From NCBI GenBank assembly GCA_045615265.1, contig JAZLEL010000107.1, forward strand, positions 1-40,866: a DNA stretch of 40,866 bases. Reading direction: 5' to 3'. Shown here in pieces: positions 28,273-38,659 of this stretch. The notes under the pieces were generated by a model. That model was not told where the DNA came from, did no database searches, and worked only from the letters and a program-made list of their open reading frames with translations. Position 1 is the first letter of the stretch, and every line of letters starts with the position of its first letter. The position numbers and the translations under genes are program-made. The DNA is from Clostridia bacterium (GTDB taxonomy: Bacteria; Bacillota; Clostridia; UMGS1883).

Positions 28273-28295
28273 GGCTGGTGGCAGTGTCACCAGCC
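28273..28295 (+). other. Intergenic hairpin between argG and argH
   Basis: ggctggtg...caccagcc stem, without a strong U tract. Confidence 0.5.
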
Positions 28296-28319
28296 TAATA
28301 CTTTAAAGTAGGTGTTTTA

Positions 28320-29690
28320 ATGGATAAGATGTGGGCAGGGCGTTTTTCCAAGGCGCTCGATAAGGAAGCTGATGATTTTAACTCTTCCATACATTTTGAC
28401 TGCAAGATGTACAAGCAGGATATAAAAGGCTCTATTGCACACGCAACAATGCTTGCAGCGTGTAATATAATATCACAGAGCGACTGCGACACAATTATAA
28501 AAGGACTTGAGGAAATTCTTTCTGACCTTAACGAAGGAAAGCTTCAGTTCGATTTCGATGCGGAAGATATTCATATGTTTGTTGAGGCGGAGCTTACAAA
28601 GCGTGTTGGCGATATAGGTAAACGTCTTCACACAGCCCGTAGCCGTAATGACCAGGTAGCTCTTGATATCCGCCTTTTTATGCGTGATGAAGCACAGGAA
28701 ATCATTGCTCTTATAAAGAAGTTTCTCAGTGCGATACTGGTACAGGCTGAAGCAAATAAGGAAACAATACTTCCAGGTTATACACACCTTCAGCGTGCAC
28801 AACCGATTATGTTTGCACATCATCTGTGTGCTTATGCAATGATGTTTATCCGTGATATGGGTAGAATTGAAGATGCCGTAAAGAGAATGAACTTCTCCCC
28901 CCTTGGCTCTTGTGCATTGGCAGGTACAACCTATGAAACTGACCGTGATATGACAGCAAAGCTTTTAGGCTTTGACGGAATTACGCTTAACAGTATTGAT
29001 GGAGTTTCCGACCGTGACTTCTGTGTTGAGCTTATGAGTTCATTTGCCCTTATTATGACACATCTTTCCCGATTTGCTGAGGAAGTAATTCTGTGGTCAT
29101 CCTGGGAATTTAAGTTCGTTGAGCTTGACGATTCTTACACAACAGGATCTTCCATTATGCCGCAGAAGAAAAACCCCGATATGGCGGAGCTTGTCAGAGG
29201 TAAAACAGGCAGAGTTTATGGCGATTTAATGGCAATGCTTACAATTCTTAAGGGCATTCCCCTTGCATACAACAAGGATATGCAGGAGGATAAGGAAGCA
29301 ATTTTTGACAGCGGTGAAACCGTTAAAAAGTGCCTGAGCGTATTTGCACCAATGATTGAAACAATGTCAGTAAGAAAGGATAAAATGTACGCCGCTGCAG
29401 GCGAAGGCTTCATCAATGCGACAGACCTTGCAGATTACCTTGTTAAGAAGGGTCAGCCTTTCCGCAGTGCGTATAAAACAGTAGGTCAGATTGTAGGAAA
29501 GTGTGTTGCCGAGGGCAAGACACTTGAAACACTTACTCTCCCCGAATATAAAGAATTTGACAATCTCTTTGAGGAAGATCTGTACGGCGAAATAGACCTT
29601 AAAAACTGTGCCGAAAAGAGAATCTCTGCAGGTGGTACATCAGTAGCATCAATTGAAACACAAATTGAGTATATAAAAAAGTTTATATAA
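28320..29690 (+). CDS. argH: Argininosuccinate lyase
   Basis: HTARSRNDQV, PGYTHLQRAQP, TGSSIMPQKKNPD. Confidence 0.97.
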   Translation: MDKMWAGRFSKALDKEADDFNSSIHFDCKMYKQDIKGSIAHATMLAACNIISQSDCDTIIKGLEEILSDLNEGKLQFDFDAEDIHMFVEAELTKRVGDIGKRLHTARSRNDQVALDIRLFMRDEAQEIIALIKKFLSAILVQAEANKETILPGYTHLQRAQPIMFAHHLCAYAMMFIRDMGRIEDAVKRMNFSPLGSCALAGTTYETDRDMTAKLLGFDGITLNSIDGVSDRDFCVELMSSFALIMTHLSRFAEEVILWSSWEFKFVELDDSYTTGSSIMPQKKNPDMAELVRGKTGRVYGDLMAMLTILKGIPLAYNKDMQEDKEAIFDSGETVKKCLSVFAPMIETMSVRKDKMYAAAGEGFINATDLADYLVKKGQPFRSAYKTVGQIVGKCVAEGKTLETLTLPEYKEFDNLFEEDLYGEIDLKNCAEKRISAGGTSVASIETQIEYIKKFI

Positions 29691-29692
29691 AG

Positions 29693-29722
29693 AAAAGTCA
29701 GGTTCAAATGAACCTGACTTTT
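29693..29722. terminator. Bidirectional intrinsic terminator
   Basis: aaaagtcaggttc-aaat-gaacctgactttt between convergent genes. Confidence 0.88.
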
Positions 29723-30154
29723 TTATTTACCTGCTATTCTCTTTATTTTCCTTACTGCACGTTTTACAAAGCTGATTATACGCCTTTTAGGGAGGGTTTT
29801 CACGGCAACAACACCATACTTAAGAAACTCCCTATCGTGGCGATCGATATATTTATCGCCCTGATAAAAGCCCTCAAGCATACCTACGATATCACATTCC
29901 CTAATATCTTTTTCTAAATTTGCACGATTGTCACCGCAAATAATATAACCGTTTTTTGTCACTTTAACAATGCGATGCATTGTATAATGATCGAGCCTTC
30001 TATATACGGGTACATCATACTTTTTTAGGGGGAACCTTGGAGGAACTATTACAACCTTGTCCCTGCCCTCTACAAGCATAGGATTCATACTGTCCCCTTT
30101 TGTAGCCGTTACATATATTCCGTTTTGTTTTAAGCTTTCTTCCAAACCTATCAT
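29723..30154 (-). CDS. S24/S26 family peptidase-like protein
   Basis: GDSMNPML, HRIV, GDN motifs. Confidence 0.8.
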   Translation of the reverse strand: MIGLEESLKQNGIYVTATKGDSMNPMLVEGRDKVVIVPPRFPLKKYDVPVYRRLDHYTMHRIVKVTKNGYIICGDNRANLEKDIRECDIVGMLEGFYQGDKYIDRHDREFLKYGVVAVKTLPKRRIISFVKRAVRKIKRIAGK

Positions 30155-30937
30155 TTAATCCAGCTCCAATAAATTTTTCGCATTGGTATAGAATATCTTT
30201 TCCTTTTCCTCTTCAGTAAGGTCAAGTGCTTCTATCTTGTCCGCTTCTTTCTTTAAAGAAACGGCAGGGTAATCTGAGCCGAAAAGCACCCTGTCTGCAC
30301 CGTGTGCACGAATCATCTCGACCATTTTTTCTGGAGTTACCTCCCACATTGTGCTGGAGGTGTCAAACCAAACATTTTTACCGACAAGGCTTTTCGCTTC
30401 GTTATCCCACACGCTGTAACCGCCCATATGTGCCGCTACAAATTTATGTTCGGGGAACTTTTCAAGGACTCTGGAAAGCCTTTCGGGATTTGAGAAATCG
30501 AGGTTTTTGTCACCCACGTGCAAAACTATGGGATAATCCTGACCAATTTCCTCATACATCAAAAGTGCCTTATCATCGTCAATATTAAAAGCCTGAAAAT
30601 CGGGGTGGAATTTAAAGCCACGAAGTCCGTGATTTTTTATACGCTGAATTTCTCCCTTTACATCTTCAAAATCGGGATGTACAGAACCGAATACTATAAA
30701 TCTGTCGTCCCTTAAATCAAAGAGGAAGTTGTTATTTATAACAACCTGAGTGGGTTTTGTAGGAGTAGAAAATATCACTGCCTTATAAAAGAGCGACTTA
30801 TCCATCTCTTCTTTCATATCAGTAAATGTTCCTAAGCATTCCCATGGCATACCATAATGCTCTTCAAGGTTTGCAATGGCAAGATGTGCAATCTTAGGGT
30901 TAAATATATGTGCGTGAAAGTCAATTATCTTTCTCAT
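30155..30937 (-). CDS. Amidohydrolase family protein (Amidohydro_2-like)
   Basis: IDFHAH, KFHPDFQ, LHVG, AAHMGG, LFGSDYP. Confidence 0.9.
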   Translation of the reverse strand: MRKIIDFHAHIFNPKIAHLAIANLEEHYGMPWECLGTFTDMKEEMDKSLFYKAVIFSTPTKPTQVVINNNFLFDLRDDRFIVFGSVHPDFEDVKGEIQRIKNHGLRGFKFHPDFQAFNIDDDKALLMYEEIGQDYPIVLHVGDKNLDFSNPERLSRVLEKFPEHKFVAAHMGGYSVWDNEAKSLVGKNVWFDTSSTMWEVTPEKMVEMIRAHGADRVLFGSDYPAVSLKKEADKIEALDLTEEEKEKIFYTNAKNLLELD

Positions 30938-30958
30938 TTTAAAACTTCTTTCTAAAAA

Positions 30959-30989
30959 TATTGTTGCAGTGAAATTCACTGCAACAATA
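30959..30989. terminator. Inverted repeat downstream of alaS-hit (probable terminator)
   Basis: tattgttgcagtgaa-a-ttcactgcaacaata. Confidence 0.65.
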
Positions 30990-31001
30990 AAATCTGTCTA
31001 A

Positions 31002-31343
31002 TCAGCCTGGAGGCCAAGCTAAAGAACGTCCGCCAAGCATATGGAAATGAAGGTGACCAACTGTCTGTCCGCCATCCTGACCGCAGTTATTTACGATACG
31101 ATAACCACCGTCTGCGATGCCTTCTTCCTTTGCAATTTTTGCCGCAACTGCAAAGATATGACCCACTATGGATGCGTTTTCCTCAGTAAGTTCATTTGCA
31201 GATGCAATATGCACTTTAGGAATTATCAATATATGCACAGGTGCCTGAGGCTCAATATCACGAAATGCGTATACCTTATCGTCCTCATACACCTTTGCAG
31301 AGGGAATATCCCCTGCTATAATTTTACAAAATAAGCAATCCAT
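31002..31343 (-). CDS. Histidine triad nucleotide-binding protein
   Basis: CLFCKI, PQAPVH, GQTVGHLHFH, WPPG. Confidence 0.95.
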   Translation of the reverse strand: MDCLFCKIIAGDIPSAKVYEDDKVYAFRDIEPQAPVHILIIPKVHIASANELTEENASIVGHIFAVAAKIAKEEGIADGGYRIVNNCGQDGGQTVGHLHFHMLGGRSLAWPPG

Positions 31344-31344
31344 A

Positions 31345-33969
31345 TTACAAAAGCTCCTCTACCTTATTAAGTGCTTCGGCAATCTTACTTGCATCCTTAC
31401 CGCCGCCCTGAGCACTGTCGGGCTTACCGCCGCCGCTGCCGCCTGCAATAGCGGTAATTTCCTTAATAATCTTTCCGCAGTGTACGCCTGCCTTAACCGC
31501 ATCAGAACTTGCCATTGCAACAAAGGAAATCTTTCCTTCTGTTTCTGCACCGAATACGCAAACGCTCATAGGAGTCTTTTCCTTAATTGCGTCACCTGTC
31601 TTACGGAGAGAGTCAACTGTTGTACCGTCAAGCTGTGCAACGATAAGTGTTATATCGCCAATTCTCTTAGCATTTGACATAATGTCGTTAGCCTTGGCAT
31701 TAGCCATCTGGGAAGCAACCTGCTCAAGCTTCTTCTGCTGCTCACGGTTTTCACTTACAACAGCTTCTGCACGGTGAACAAGCTCACCCTCGGTGGTCTT
31801 AAGAGCCGCTGCGGTATTTGTAATGATTTCATTCTTTTCTTCAATATAACGAAGAACGCCCTCGCCTGTTACGGCTTCAATTCTTCTTACGCCTGCTGCA
31901 ACACCGCTTTCAGAAAGAATCTTGCAAAGACCTGCCTGAGCAGTGTTTGAAAGATGGCAACCGCCGCAAAGCTCGATTGAATATCCGCCCATATTAACTA
32001 CACGTACTGTATCGCCGTACTTCTCGCCGAAGAGTGCCATTGCACCCTCAGCCTTAGCATCAGCAATCGCCATATTCTTGATTATTACGGGGTATGCTGC
32101 AAGGATTGCCGCATTAACCTTGTTTTCAACTTCCTGAAGCTGCTCTTTTGTAACCGCTTCAAAATGGGTAAAGTCGAAACGGAGTCTATTTTCATCAACG
32201 TAGCTACCTGCCTGCTCGATGTGGTTTCCGAGAACTTCACGAAGTGCCTTCTGCAAAAGGTGTGCAGCACTGTGATTACGGGTAATAGCAATTCTCCTCT
32301 TGGTATCGATAGAAACTGTAACCTTATCACCCTTGGAAGCGGTACCCTCAAGAACTGTTACATGGTGCAAAATCTTACCATCGCCAAGCTTCTTAGCATC
32401 GGTAACTTCCATCTTGAAGCCTTCGCCCTCGATTACACCATTATCACCTACCTGTCCGCCGCTTTCGCCGTATGCAACGGTTTTGTCGAGAATTATAACT
32501 GCATTCTCGCCGTCGGATACAGAATCTGCAACCTGACCGTCTTTAACGATTACTGTTATATTTGCATCACAGCTATCATTTTCATAGCCGATAAATTCTG
32601 TTGTAATTTCCTTGCCGAGTGTCTGGTAGATGTCCTCGCTCCAAGCGACTTCATCACCGACTTTTCTTCCTTCTCTTGAACGTTTCTTCTGTTCAAGAAG
32701 AAGCTTATTGAATTCTTCTCTGTCAACCTCAAGACCCTTTTCCTGAAGAATTTCTTCTGTAAGGTCAATGGGGAAACCATATGTGTCGTTAAGAATGAAT
32801 GCATCGTCACCGGAGAGAATCTTTCCGCCACTCTCTTCAAGGTCAGCAATTTTTTCTTCAAGAATTGAAAGACCGCGGTCAATTGTCTGTGCAAAGCTTT
32901 CTTCTTCTCTCTTTATAACCTTCTTGATATAGTCCTGCTTTTCTTCAAGCTGAGGATATGCACCCTTAGACTCTCTTACAACTGTATCAACAATATCGGA
33001 AAGGAACATACCCTTTATACCGAGGAGTCTTCCGTGACGAGCGGCACGGCGGAGAAGTCTTCTAAGAACGTAACCACGTCCCTCGTTGGAAGGTAGTACA
33101 CTGTCACAGGTCATAAAGGTTGTACTTCTGATATGGTCTGTGATAACACGGAGAGAAACGTCTGTCTTTTCATTGTCACCGTAGTTAACATTTGCAACCT
33201 TACTGATTTCAAGCATAATATTGCGGATTGTATCAACCTCAAAAAGGTTATTTACATCCTGCATAATAACAGCCATTCTTTCAAGTCCCATACCTGTATC
33301 GATATTGGGATTTGCAAGACGATTGTAGTTGCCTTCTTCATCCTTGTCAAACTGTGTGAATACAAGGTTCCAGAATTCCACAAATCTGTCACATTCGCAG
33401 CCTACCTTGCAATCAGGGCTTCCGCAGCCATACTTTTCTCCACGGTCAAAATAAAGCTCGCTGCAAGGGCCGCACGGACCTTGTCCGATTTCCCAGAAGT
33501 TATCCTCTTTACCCATTCTGGAAATATGAGAGGGGTCTACGCCAACTTCCTTTGTCCAGATTTCGATAGCTTCATCGTCATCTTCGTAAACAGTTACATA
33601 CACTCTGTCCTCAGGAAGTCCCAAATCCTTCGTAACAAATTCCCAAGCCCATGCCGTAGCCTCGTGCTTGAAGTAATCGCCAAAGGAGAAGTTACCGAGC
33701 ATTTCAAAGAACGTACCGTGACGTGCAGTTATACCTACACGCTCAATATCAGGTGTACGGATACATTTCTGGCAAGTAGTAACACGTTTTCTTGGAGGAA
33801 TCTCCTTGCCTGTGAAATAAGGCTTAAGAGGCGCCATACCTGCATTTATAAGAAGGAGACTGTTGTCATTCTGCGGAACAAGCGGAAATGACGGCAGTCT
33901 TAAATGTCCTTTACTTTCAAAGAATTTTAAATATCTTTCTCGTATTTCGTTGAGTCCAAGTTTTTCCAT
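31345..33969 (-). CDS. alaS: Alanine--tRNA ligase
   Basis: NAGM, HGTFFEMLGNFSFGDYFK, DTGMGLER, the editing motifs HSAAH and ELCGGCH, and GGGKP. Confidence 0.98.
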   Translation of the reverse strand: MEKLGLNEIRERYLKFFESKGHLRLPSFPLVPQNDNSLLLINAGMAPLKPYFTGKEIPPRKRVTTCQKCIRTPDIERVGITARHGTFFEMLGNFSFGDYFKHEATAWAWEFVTKDLGLPEDRVYVTVYEDDDEAIEIWTKEVGVDPSHISRMGKEDNFWEIGQGPCGPCSELYFDRGEKYGCGSPDCKVGCECDRFVEFWNLVFTQFDKDEEGNYNRLANPNIDTGMGLERMAVIMQDVNNLFEVDTIRNIMLEISKVANVNYGDNEKTDVSLRVITDHIRSTTFMTCDSVLPSNEGRGYVLRRLLRRAARHGRLLGIKGMFLSDIVDTVVRESKGAYPQLEEKQDYIKKVIKREEESFAQTIDRGLSILEEKIADLEESGGKILSGDDAFILNDTYGFPIDLTEEILQEKGLEVDREEFNKLLLEQKKRSREGRKVGDEVAWSEDIYQTLGKEITTEFIGYENDSCDANITVIVKDGQVADSVSDGENAVIILDKTVAYGESGGQVGDNGVIEGEGFKMEVTDAKKLGDGKILHHVTVLEGTASKGDKVTVSIDTKRRIAITRNHSAAHLLQKALREVLGNHIEQAGSYVDENRLRFDFTHFEAVTKEQLQEVENKVNAAILAAYPVIIKNMAIADAKAEGAMALFGEKYGDTVRVVNMGGYSIELCGGCHLSNTAQAGLCKILSESGVAAGVRRIEAVTGEGVLRYIEEKNEIITNTAAALKTTEGELVHRAEAVVSENREQQKKLEQVASQMANAKANDIMSNAKRIGDITLIVAQLDGTTVDSLRKTGDAIKEKTPMSVCVFGAETEGKISFVAMASSDAVKAGVHCGKIIKEITAIAGGSGGGKPDSAQGGGKDASKIAEALNKVEELL

Positions 33970-33995
33970 TTGCAAACACTCCTTTACAGAATAAC

Positions 33996-34024
33996 ATTAT
34001 ACCTTTTTTTGTCATTATTGTCAA
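33996..34024 (-). promoter_or_regulatory. Consensus sigma-A promoter of alaS
   Basis: Minus strand TTGACA-17 nt-TATAAT. Confidence 0.85.
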
Positions 34025-34146
34025 CCGATTTGACCTTATTTTCGGGGATTTCGGCAAACAATACGGCAGTAGAGAAAAAAACAGTAGATTTTTCCATCCT
34101 AATATGCTAGAATAGATATAATAGTATGTTTATAGGAGGTTTCTGT

Positions 34147-34980
34147 ATGTCCGTTCTTGAAGCACTTATATTAGGACTCATTCAAGGGGTCAGCGAGTTT
34201 CTGCCGATTTCCTCATCTGGACATCTGTCAATCGCAGGTACACTAATGGGTATGAATCCTGAGTCAGAAAATTTACTCTCATTCAATATACTTTTGCACG
34301 TGGCGACACTTGCTGCTGTATTTATCGTTTACAGAAACGATATATGGGAAATGATAAAGGCGTTTTTCGGTATGTGTAAAGACCTTTTTACCGGCAAAGG
34401 CTTACGTCTTAAGGAATTTTTATACCGCAGACTTATAGTAATGCTGGTTGTTGCGACACTTCCTGCTGTTGTGGCAGCACTTTTCCTCGGAGATATTATT
34501 GAAAATCCGCAGTTATGGCAAATTGGTACTTTCCTTATAATTACTGCCATTTTACTCTTTCTTAGCGAAAGGCTTGCCGGCGGAGGAATAAACCTTGAAA
34601 ATATGTCCGTAAAGCGTGCATTATGTGTAGGATGTTTTCAGGGACTTGGAACACTTCCCGGAATCAGCCGCAGCGGAAGCACCATCGTGGGAGGACTTTT
34701 CTGTAATCTTGACAAGGCTTCTGCCGTAAGATTTTCATTCTTAATGTCAATCCCAGCGATTATGGGGGCATTGGTGCTGGATATTAAAGATATGATTTCT
34801 GCACAGTCACAAGCGCTTTCCCTCCTCCCCGTTTCGGTGGGTATGATTACGGCGGCAATCAGCGGATATTTTTCAATAAAGTTTTTACTTAAGCTGGTTG
34901 AAAAAAGCAAACTCAGCTATTTTTCAATATACTGCATTGTTGCAGGTATTTTCTCAATAATACTTAATTTCACTATATAA
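34147..34980 (+). CDS. uppP: Undecaprenyl-diphosphate phosphatase
   Basis: QGVSEFLPISSSGH, PGISRSGST, FSFLMSIP. RBS AGGAGG. Confidence 0.95.
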   Translation: MSVLEALILGLIQGVSEFLPISSSGHLSIAGTLMGMNPESENLLSFNILLHVATLAAVFIVYRNDIWEMIKAFFGMCKDLFTGKGLRLKEFLYRRLIVMLVVATLPAVVAALFLGDIIENPQLWQIGTFLIITAILLFLSERLAGGGINLENMSVKRALCVGCFQGLGTLPGISRSGSTIVGGLFCNLDKASAVRFSFLMSIPAIMGALVLDIKDMISAQSQALSLLPVSVGMITAAISGYFSIKFLLKLVEKSKLSYFSIYCIVAGIFSIILNFTI

Positions 34981-34984
34981 AAGG

Positions 34985-37465
34985 TTGCTGAAGAAAATGA
35001 AAAAAACAACTACAAAGAAAACTTCTAATTCAAAGAAGGGTCTTTCACCTTCGGGCAAAAAGCTCACCTCGAGAAAACCTTCGGGGCAGTCCTCCTCAAA
35101 AACAACGCAGAAGCGTTCAACTAAGGCATCTTCCGTTTCAAAATACCCATCAAAGGAACTGCATCTTATATATTTGTCAGTTGCTACTGTGGTTTTTATT
35201 CTCTCCTATTATTTCAACGCATTCGGAATTGTGGGAGAATTTCTTAAGGTAATAGGGAGATTCTTTTTTGGCAGTATGTGTTTTGCAATCCCTGCAGTTC
35301 TTCTTATTATCACAATACACGTTTTCATCAAGGGAGGTCTTTCCCCTCACAAGCATCGTTATGTTTTTTCTTCAATCGGTATAATGTGTATCGGCGGACT
35401 TCATACACTTTACTGTGCATCTGCTAATCCTGACTTTTTCTCTGGCAGCTTTATTAATATATGCAGTTCAGTTCTTGATACCAGCACATATTATAAATCA
35501 GGCGGAGCTATCGGTGCTTTGTTATCGCTTCCGCTTCGTTCTTTGGTTTCAAGTGTGGGCGCTGCGATAATACTTATTACTATGGTATTAATCTGCTTTG
35601 TGATTACAACCGGTAAACAGCCTCTTATAAAGCTCGCAGGTTTTATCTCCTCCTCCCTTTCTGATTTCATAAAAAGCATCAAAGACGAAAAGGATGCAGA
35701 AGATGAAAAGGGCGATGGCATAAAAATCACAGGCGTAACTGAAGATGGCGAAACCCCCAGAGTAAAAACACGTAAGAGAGCTGCTGCACACGAAGATAAT
35801 GAAGATATTAAAGATTCTTCATCGGCTCAGACGGAATTTAAAATTAATCTCTATGATGATAAAAAAGATAAATCCGATGATATTGCCGAAACAAAAGAGG
35901 TTGTAATTCCCGATGATATAAAGAAGATGGCAATGGAAGAATCGGGCGGTGTTGAACAGGAAAAAGAGGATACATCCCCGATAGAGGTTGACGATGATGA
36001 AATTGAAACTGATTATATAGAATATACCTTCCCGCCCGTAGATTTGCTTATGAAAGCAAAAACACCCTCAGGCTCGCAGGACAAGCCTGAAGACCTCAGG
36101 ACGCAGGCGAAAAAGCTTGTCGACACACTTCAAAGCTTTGGTGTTGAGGCAAAGGTTCTTGAAGTAAGTAAGGGACCCTCTGTTACAAGGTTTGAACTTC
36201 AGCCTTCAGCAGGTGTTAAGGTCAGCAAAATTGTAAATCTTGCTGATGATATAGCACTAAACCTTGCAGCCTTTGGTGTGAGAATTGAAGCACCTATTCC
36301 CGGAAAAGCAGCAGTAGGCATTGAAATTCCCAACAAGAGCACCTCTATGGTGGCACTTCGTGACGTAATAGACAGCGATCAATTTCGCAGTTTTGACTCA
36401 AAAACAGCTTTCGCAATGGGTAAGGATATATCAGGACAACCTGTTATCAGCGATATTTCAAAAATGCCCCATATGCTTATAGCAGGTGCGACCGGTAGCG
36501 GTAAGAGTGTATGTATAAATTCACTTATTACCAGTATTCTTTACAAAGCAGACCCAAACGAGGTTAAGCTTATCCTTATCGACCCCAAGGTAGTTGAGCT
36601 TGGTGTGTATAATGGTATTCCCCACCTTTTAATCCCTGTTGTAACAGACCCAAGACGTGCTGCAGGTGCACTTAACTGGGCAGTACAGGAAATGGTTAAG
36701 CGTTACAGTATGTTTGCCACTGCAAATGTCCGTGATATCAAAGGCTATAATGAATACGCTTCAATGAGCGGAGAACGTCAGCTTGAACAAATTATTATTG
36801 TAATTGACGAATTGGCTGACCTTATGATGGTTTCACCGCACGAAGTTGAAGACTCTATATGCCGACTTGCACAGATGGCAAGAGCTGCGGGAATGCATCT
36901 TGTAATTGCTACCCAGCGTCCATCCGTTGATGTTATCACAGGTCTTATTAAGGCAAATGTTCCCAGCCGAATAGCCTTTTCCGTATCCAGCCAGATTGAC
37001 AGCCGTACAATTTTGGATATGGGCGGTGCAGAAAAGCTCCTCGGCAAGGGTGATATGCTCTTCCTTCCCATGGGCGCAAGTAAGCCTAAAAGACTTCAGG
37101 GTGCATTTGTATCAGATAAGGAAATCGAAAGAATTGTTGAATTTGTCAAGGCAGATTCCTCTGCACATTATAGCGAGGATATAATTGAACATATTGAAAA
37201 CAGCACCGAGGACCATTCCTCCGGCGATGATTCCGATGCAGATGATCTTCTTCCTCAGGCTATCGAAATAGTTGTGGAAATAGGTCAGGCAAGTGCATCT
37301 CTTCTCCAGAGAAAGCTTAAGGTTGGTTACTCCCGTGCAGGAAGACTTATAGACCAGCTTGAAGAACGAGGAATAATCGGTCCGCACGAAGGGAGTAAAC
37401 CACGAAAGGTTTTAATGAGCAGAAGTGAATTTCAGGAAATGATGGTAAATAATTTAGAAGAATAA
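34985..37465 (+). CDS. ftsK: DNA translocase FtsK/SpoIIIE
   Basis: N-terminal TM segments, AGATGSGKS, IDELADLMM, ATQRPS and the gamma domain LQRKLKVGYSRAGRL. Confidence 0.95.
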   Translation: MLKKMKKTTTKKTSNSKKGLSPSGKKLTSRKPSGQSSSKTTQKRSTKASSVSKYPSKELHLIYLSVATVVFILSYYFNAFGIVGEFLKVIGRFFFGSMCFAIPAVLLIITIHVFIKGGLSPHKHRYVFSSIGIMCIGGLHTLYCASANPDFFSGSFINICSSVLDTSTYYKSGGAIGALLSLPLRSLVSSVGAAIILITMVLICFVITTGKQPLIKLAGFISSSLSDFIKSIKDEKDAEDEKGDGIKITGVTEDGETPRVKTRKRAAAHEDNEDIKDSSSAQTEFKINLYDDKKDKSDDIAETKEVVIPDDIKKMAMEESGGVEQEKEDTSPIEVDDDEIETDYIEYTFPPVDLLMKAKTPSGSQDKPEDLRTQAKKLVDTLQSFGVEAKVLEVSKGPSVTRFELQPSAGVKVSKIVNLADDIALNLAAFGVRIEAPIPGKAAVGIEIPNKSTSMVALRDVIDSDQFRSFDSKTAFAMGKDISGQPVISDISKMPHMLIAGATGSGKSVCINSLITSILYKADPNEVKLILIDPKVVELGVYNGIPHLLIPVVTDPRRAAGALNWAVQEMVKRYSMFATANVRDIKGYNEYASMSGERQLEQIIIVIDELADLMMVSPHEVEDSICRLAQMARAAGMHLVIATQRPSVDVITGLIKANVPSRIAFSVSSQIDSRTILDMGGAEKLLGKGDMLFLPMGASKPKRLQGAFVSDKEIERIVEFVKADSSAHYSEDIIEHIENSTEDHSSGDDSDADDLLPQAIEIVVEIGQASASLLQRKLKVGYSRAGRLIDQLEERGIIGPHEGSKPRKVLMSRSEFQEMMVNNLEE

Positions 37466-37515
37466 AAAGGTTCCAAAAAAATCCATTTCACAGATTTTTT
37501 GGTGATTTTCGACAA

Positions 37516-37563
37516 AAAAAGTGCATTAAATTGTCCTTAGTTGAGCAATTTAACGCACTTTTT
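37516..37563 (+). terminator. Probable terminator after ftsK
   Basis: aaaaagtgcattaaattg...caatttaacgcacttttt. Confidence 0.65.
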
Positions 37564-37565
37564 AC

Positions 37566-37594
37566 TTGACAATTAGAATTTTGAGTGTTATAGT
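37566..37594 (+). promoter_or_regulatory. sigma-A promoter of sigH
   Basis: TTGACA-17 nt-TATAGT with extended TG. Confidence 0.75.
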
Positions 37595-37615
37595 TATATG
37601 TAATGGGGGAGTTAT

Positions 37616-38239
37616 ATGGACAAGATATCGAAGGAAAACTTCACCTCATTCAGTGATGAAGAATTGGTTATTCTGGCACAGCAAGGTGACGACAAGGCAC
37701 TTGACTATTTAATAAGCAAATACTTTGTCTATGTGCGTAGCAAATCTCTTTCTTATTATATTGTCGGCGCTGATAGAGATGACATAATTCAGGAGGGTAT
37801 GATTGGTCTGTTCAAGGCAGTCAGGGACTTCAGCAGTGAGCGTGGTGTGTCGTTCAAAACATTTGCAGATGTTTGCGTCACCAGACAAATAATCACCGCA
37901 GTCAAGAATGCCAGCAGACAGAAGCATGCACCTCTTAATTTTTATGTTTCTTTAAATAAATCTGTATCCGATGATGAAGATGATTCTACTCTGGCTGATA
38001 TTATTGGTCATACGGGGGATCTTAATCCCGAGGAAATTCTTATAAAGAAAGAAAAAGCAGATATCCTAGGAAGTGAAATGAACCGCCTTCTTTCGCAGTT
38101 TGAGCTTCTTGTGCTTTCCTTATATCTGCAAGGCAACAGCTATTCAGATATAGGAAAAATAATCGGCAAGAATCCCAAATCAGTAGATAATGCGTTACAA
38201 CGCATAAAGAAGAAGTTTGAAAAAATTTCTTCGGATTAA
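37616..38239 (+). CDS. sigH: RNA polymerase sigma factor SigH
   Basis: DDIIQEGMIGLFKAVRDF, RQIITAVK..RQKH.PLN.YVSL, KSVDNALQRIK. Confidence 0.93.
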   Translation: MDKISKENFTSFSDEELVILAQQGDDKALDYLISKYFVYVRSKSLSYYIVGADRDDIIQEGMIGLFKAVRDFSSERGVSFKTFADVCVTRQIITAVKNASRQKHAPLNFYVSLNKSVSDDEDDSTLADIIGHTGDLNPEEILIKKEKADILGSEMNRLLSQFELLVLSLYLQGNSYSDIGKIIGKNPKSVDNALQRIKKKFEKISSD

Positions 38240-38318
38240 AATGCTATATGCCCTAAACGGCGTGATAACCGCAAGGGGTAAAAAATATTTTTATAGGTAA
38301 AAGTAAGGAGATTAAACA

Positions 38319-38588
38319 ATGTACGAAGACAAGACTTTAGTCTGCAAGGATTGCGGACAGGAATTCGTGTTCACAGCCGGCGAGCAGGAATTCTATGCTG
38401 AAAAGGGCTTCCAGAATGAGCCTCAGAGATGTAAGGAATGCAGAGCTGCAAAGAAAGCATCTCTCAGAGAAAACAGAGAAATGTATACTGCTGTTTGTGC
38501 TGAGTGCGGTGGCGAAGCAAAGGTTCCTTTCGTTCCCAAGAACGACAGACCTGTTTACTGTAGCGAGTGCTTTGCAAAGAACAAATAA
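38319..38588 (+). CDS. Zinc-ribbon / CxxC-x17-CxxC domain protein
   Basis: DKTLVCKDCG.EFVFTAGEQEFY...CKEC and CAECG...VPF.P...RPVYCSEC. Strong RBS. Confidence 0.9.
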   Translation: MYEDKTLVCKDCGQEFVFTAGEQEFYAEKGFQNEPQRCKECRAAKKASLRENREMYTAVCAECGGEAKVPFVPKNDRPVYCSECFAKNK

Positions 38589-38611
38589 TCTCCTTATAAC
38601 CAGAGAAGATT

Positions 38612-38655
38612 ACAACAAAAAGGTTGTTGCTGTTGCAACAACCTTTTTTTGTTGT
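38612..38655. terminator. Bidirectional intrinsic terminator
   Basis: aaaaaggttgttgc-tgtt-gcaacaaccttttt between convergent genes. Confidence 0.85.
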
Positions 38656-38659
38656 GTCT

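Noticed and set aside
16495-33891. Many antisense or alternate-frame ORFs, e.g. 22800-23585 (-) and 33133-33891 (+)
   Set aside because: They lie within well-supported housekeeping genes, lack motifs, and are typical shadow ORFs from codon bias.
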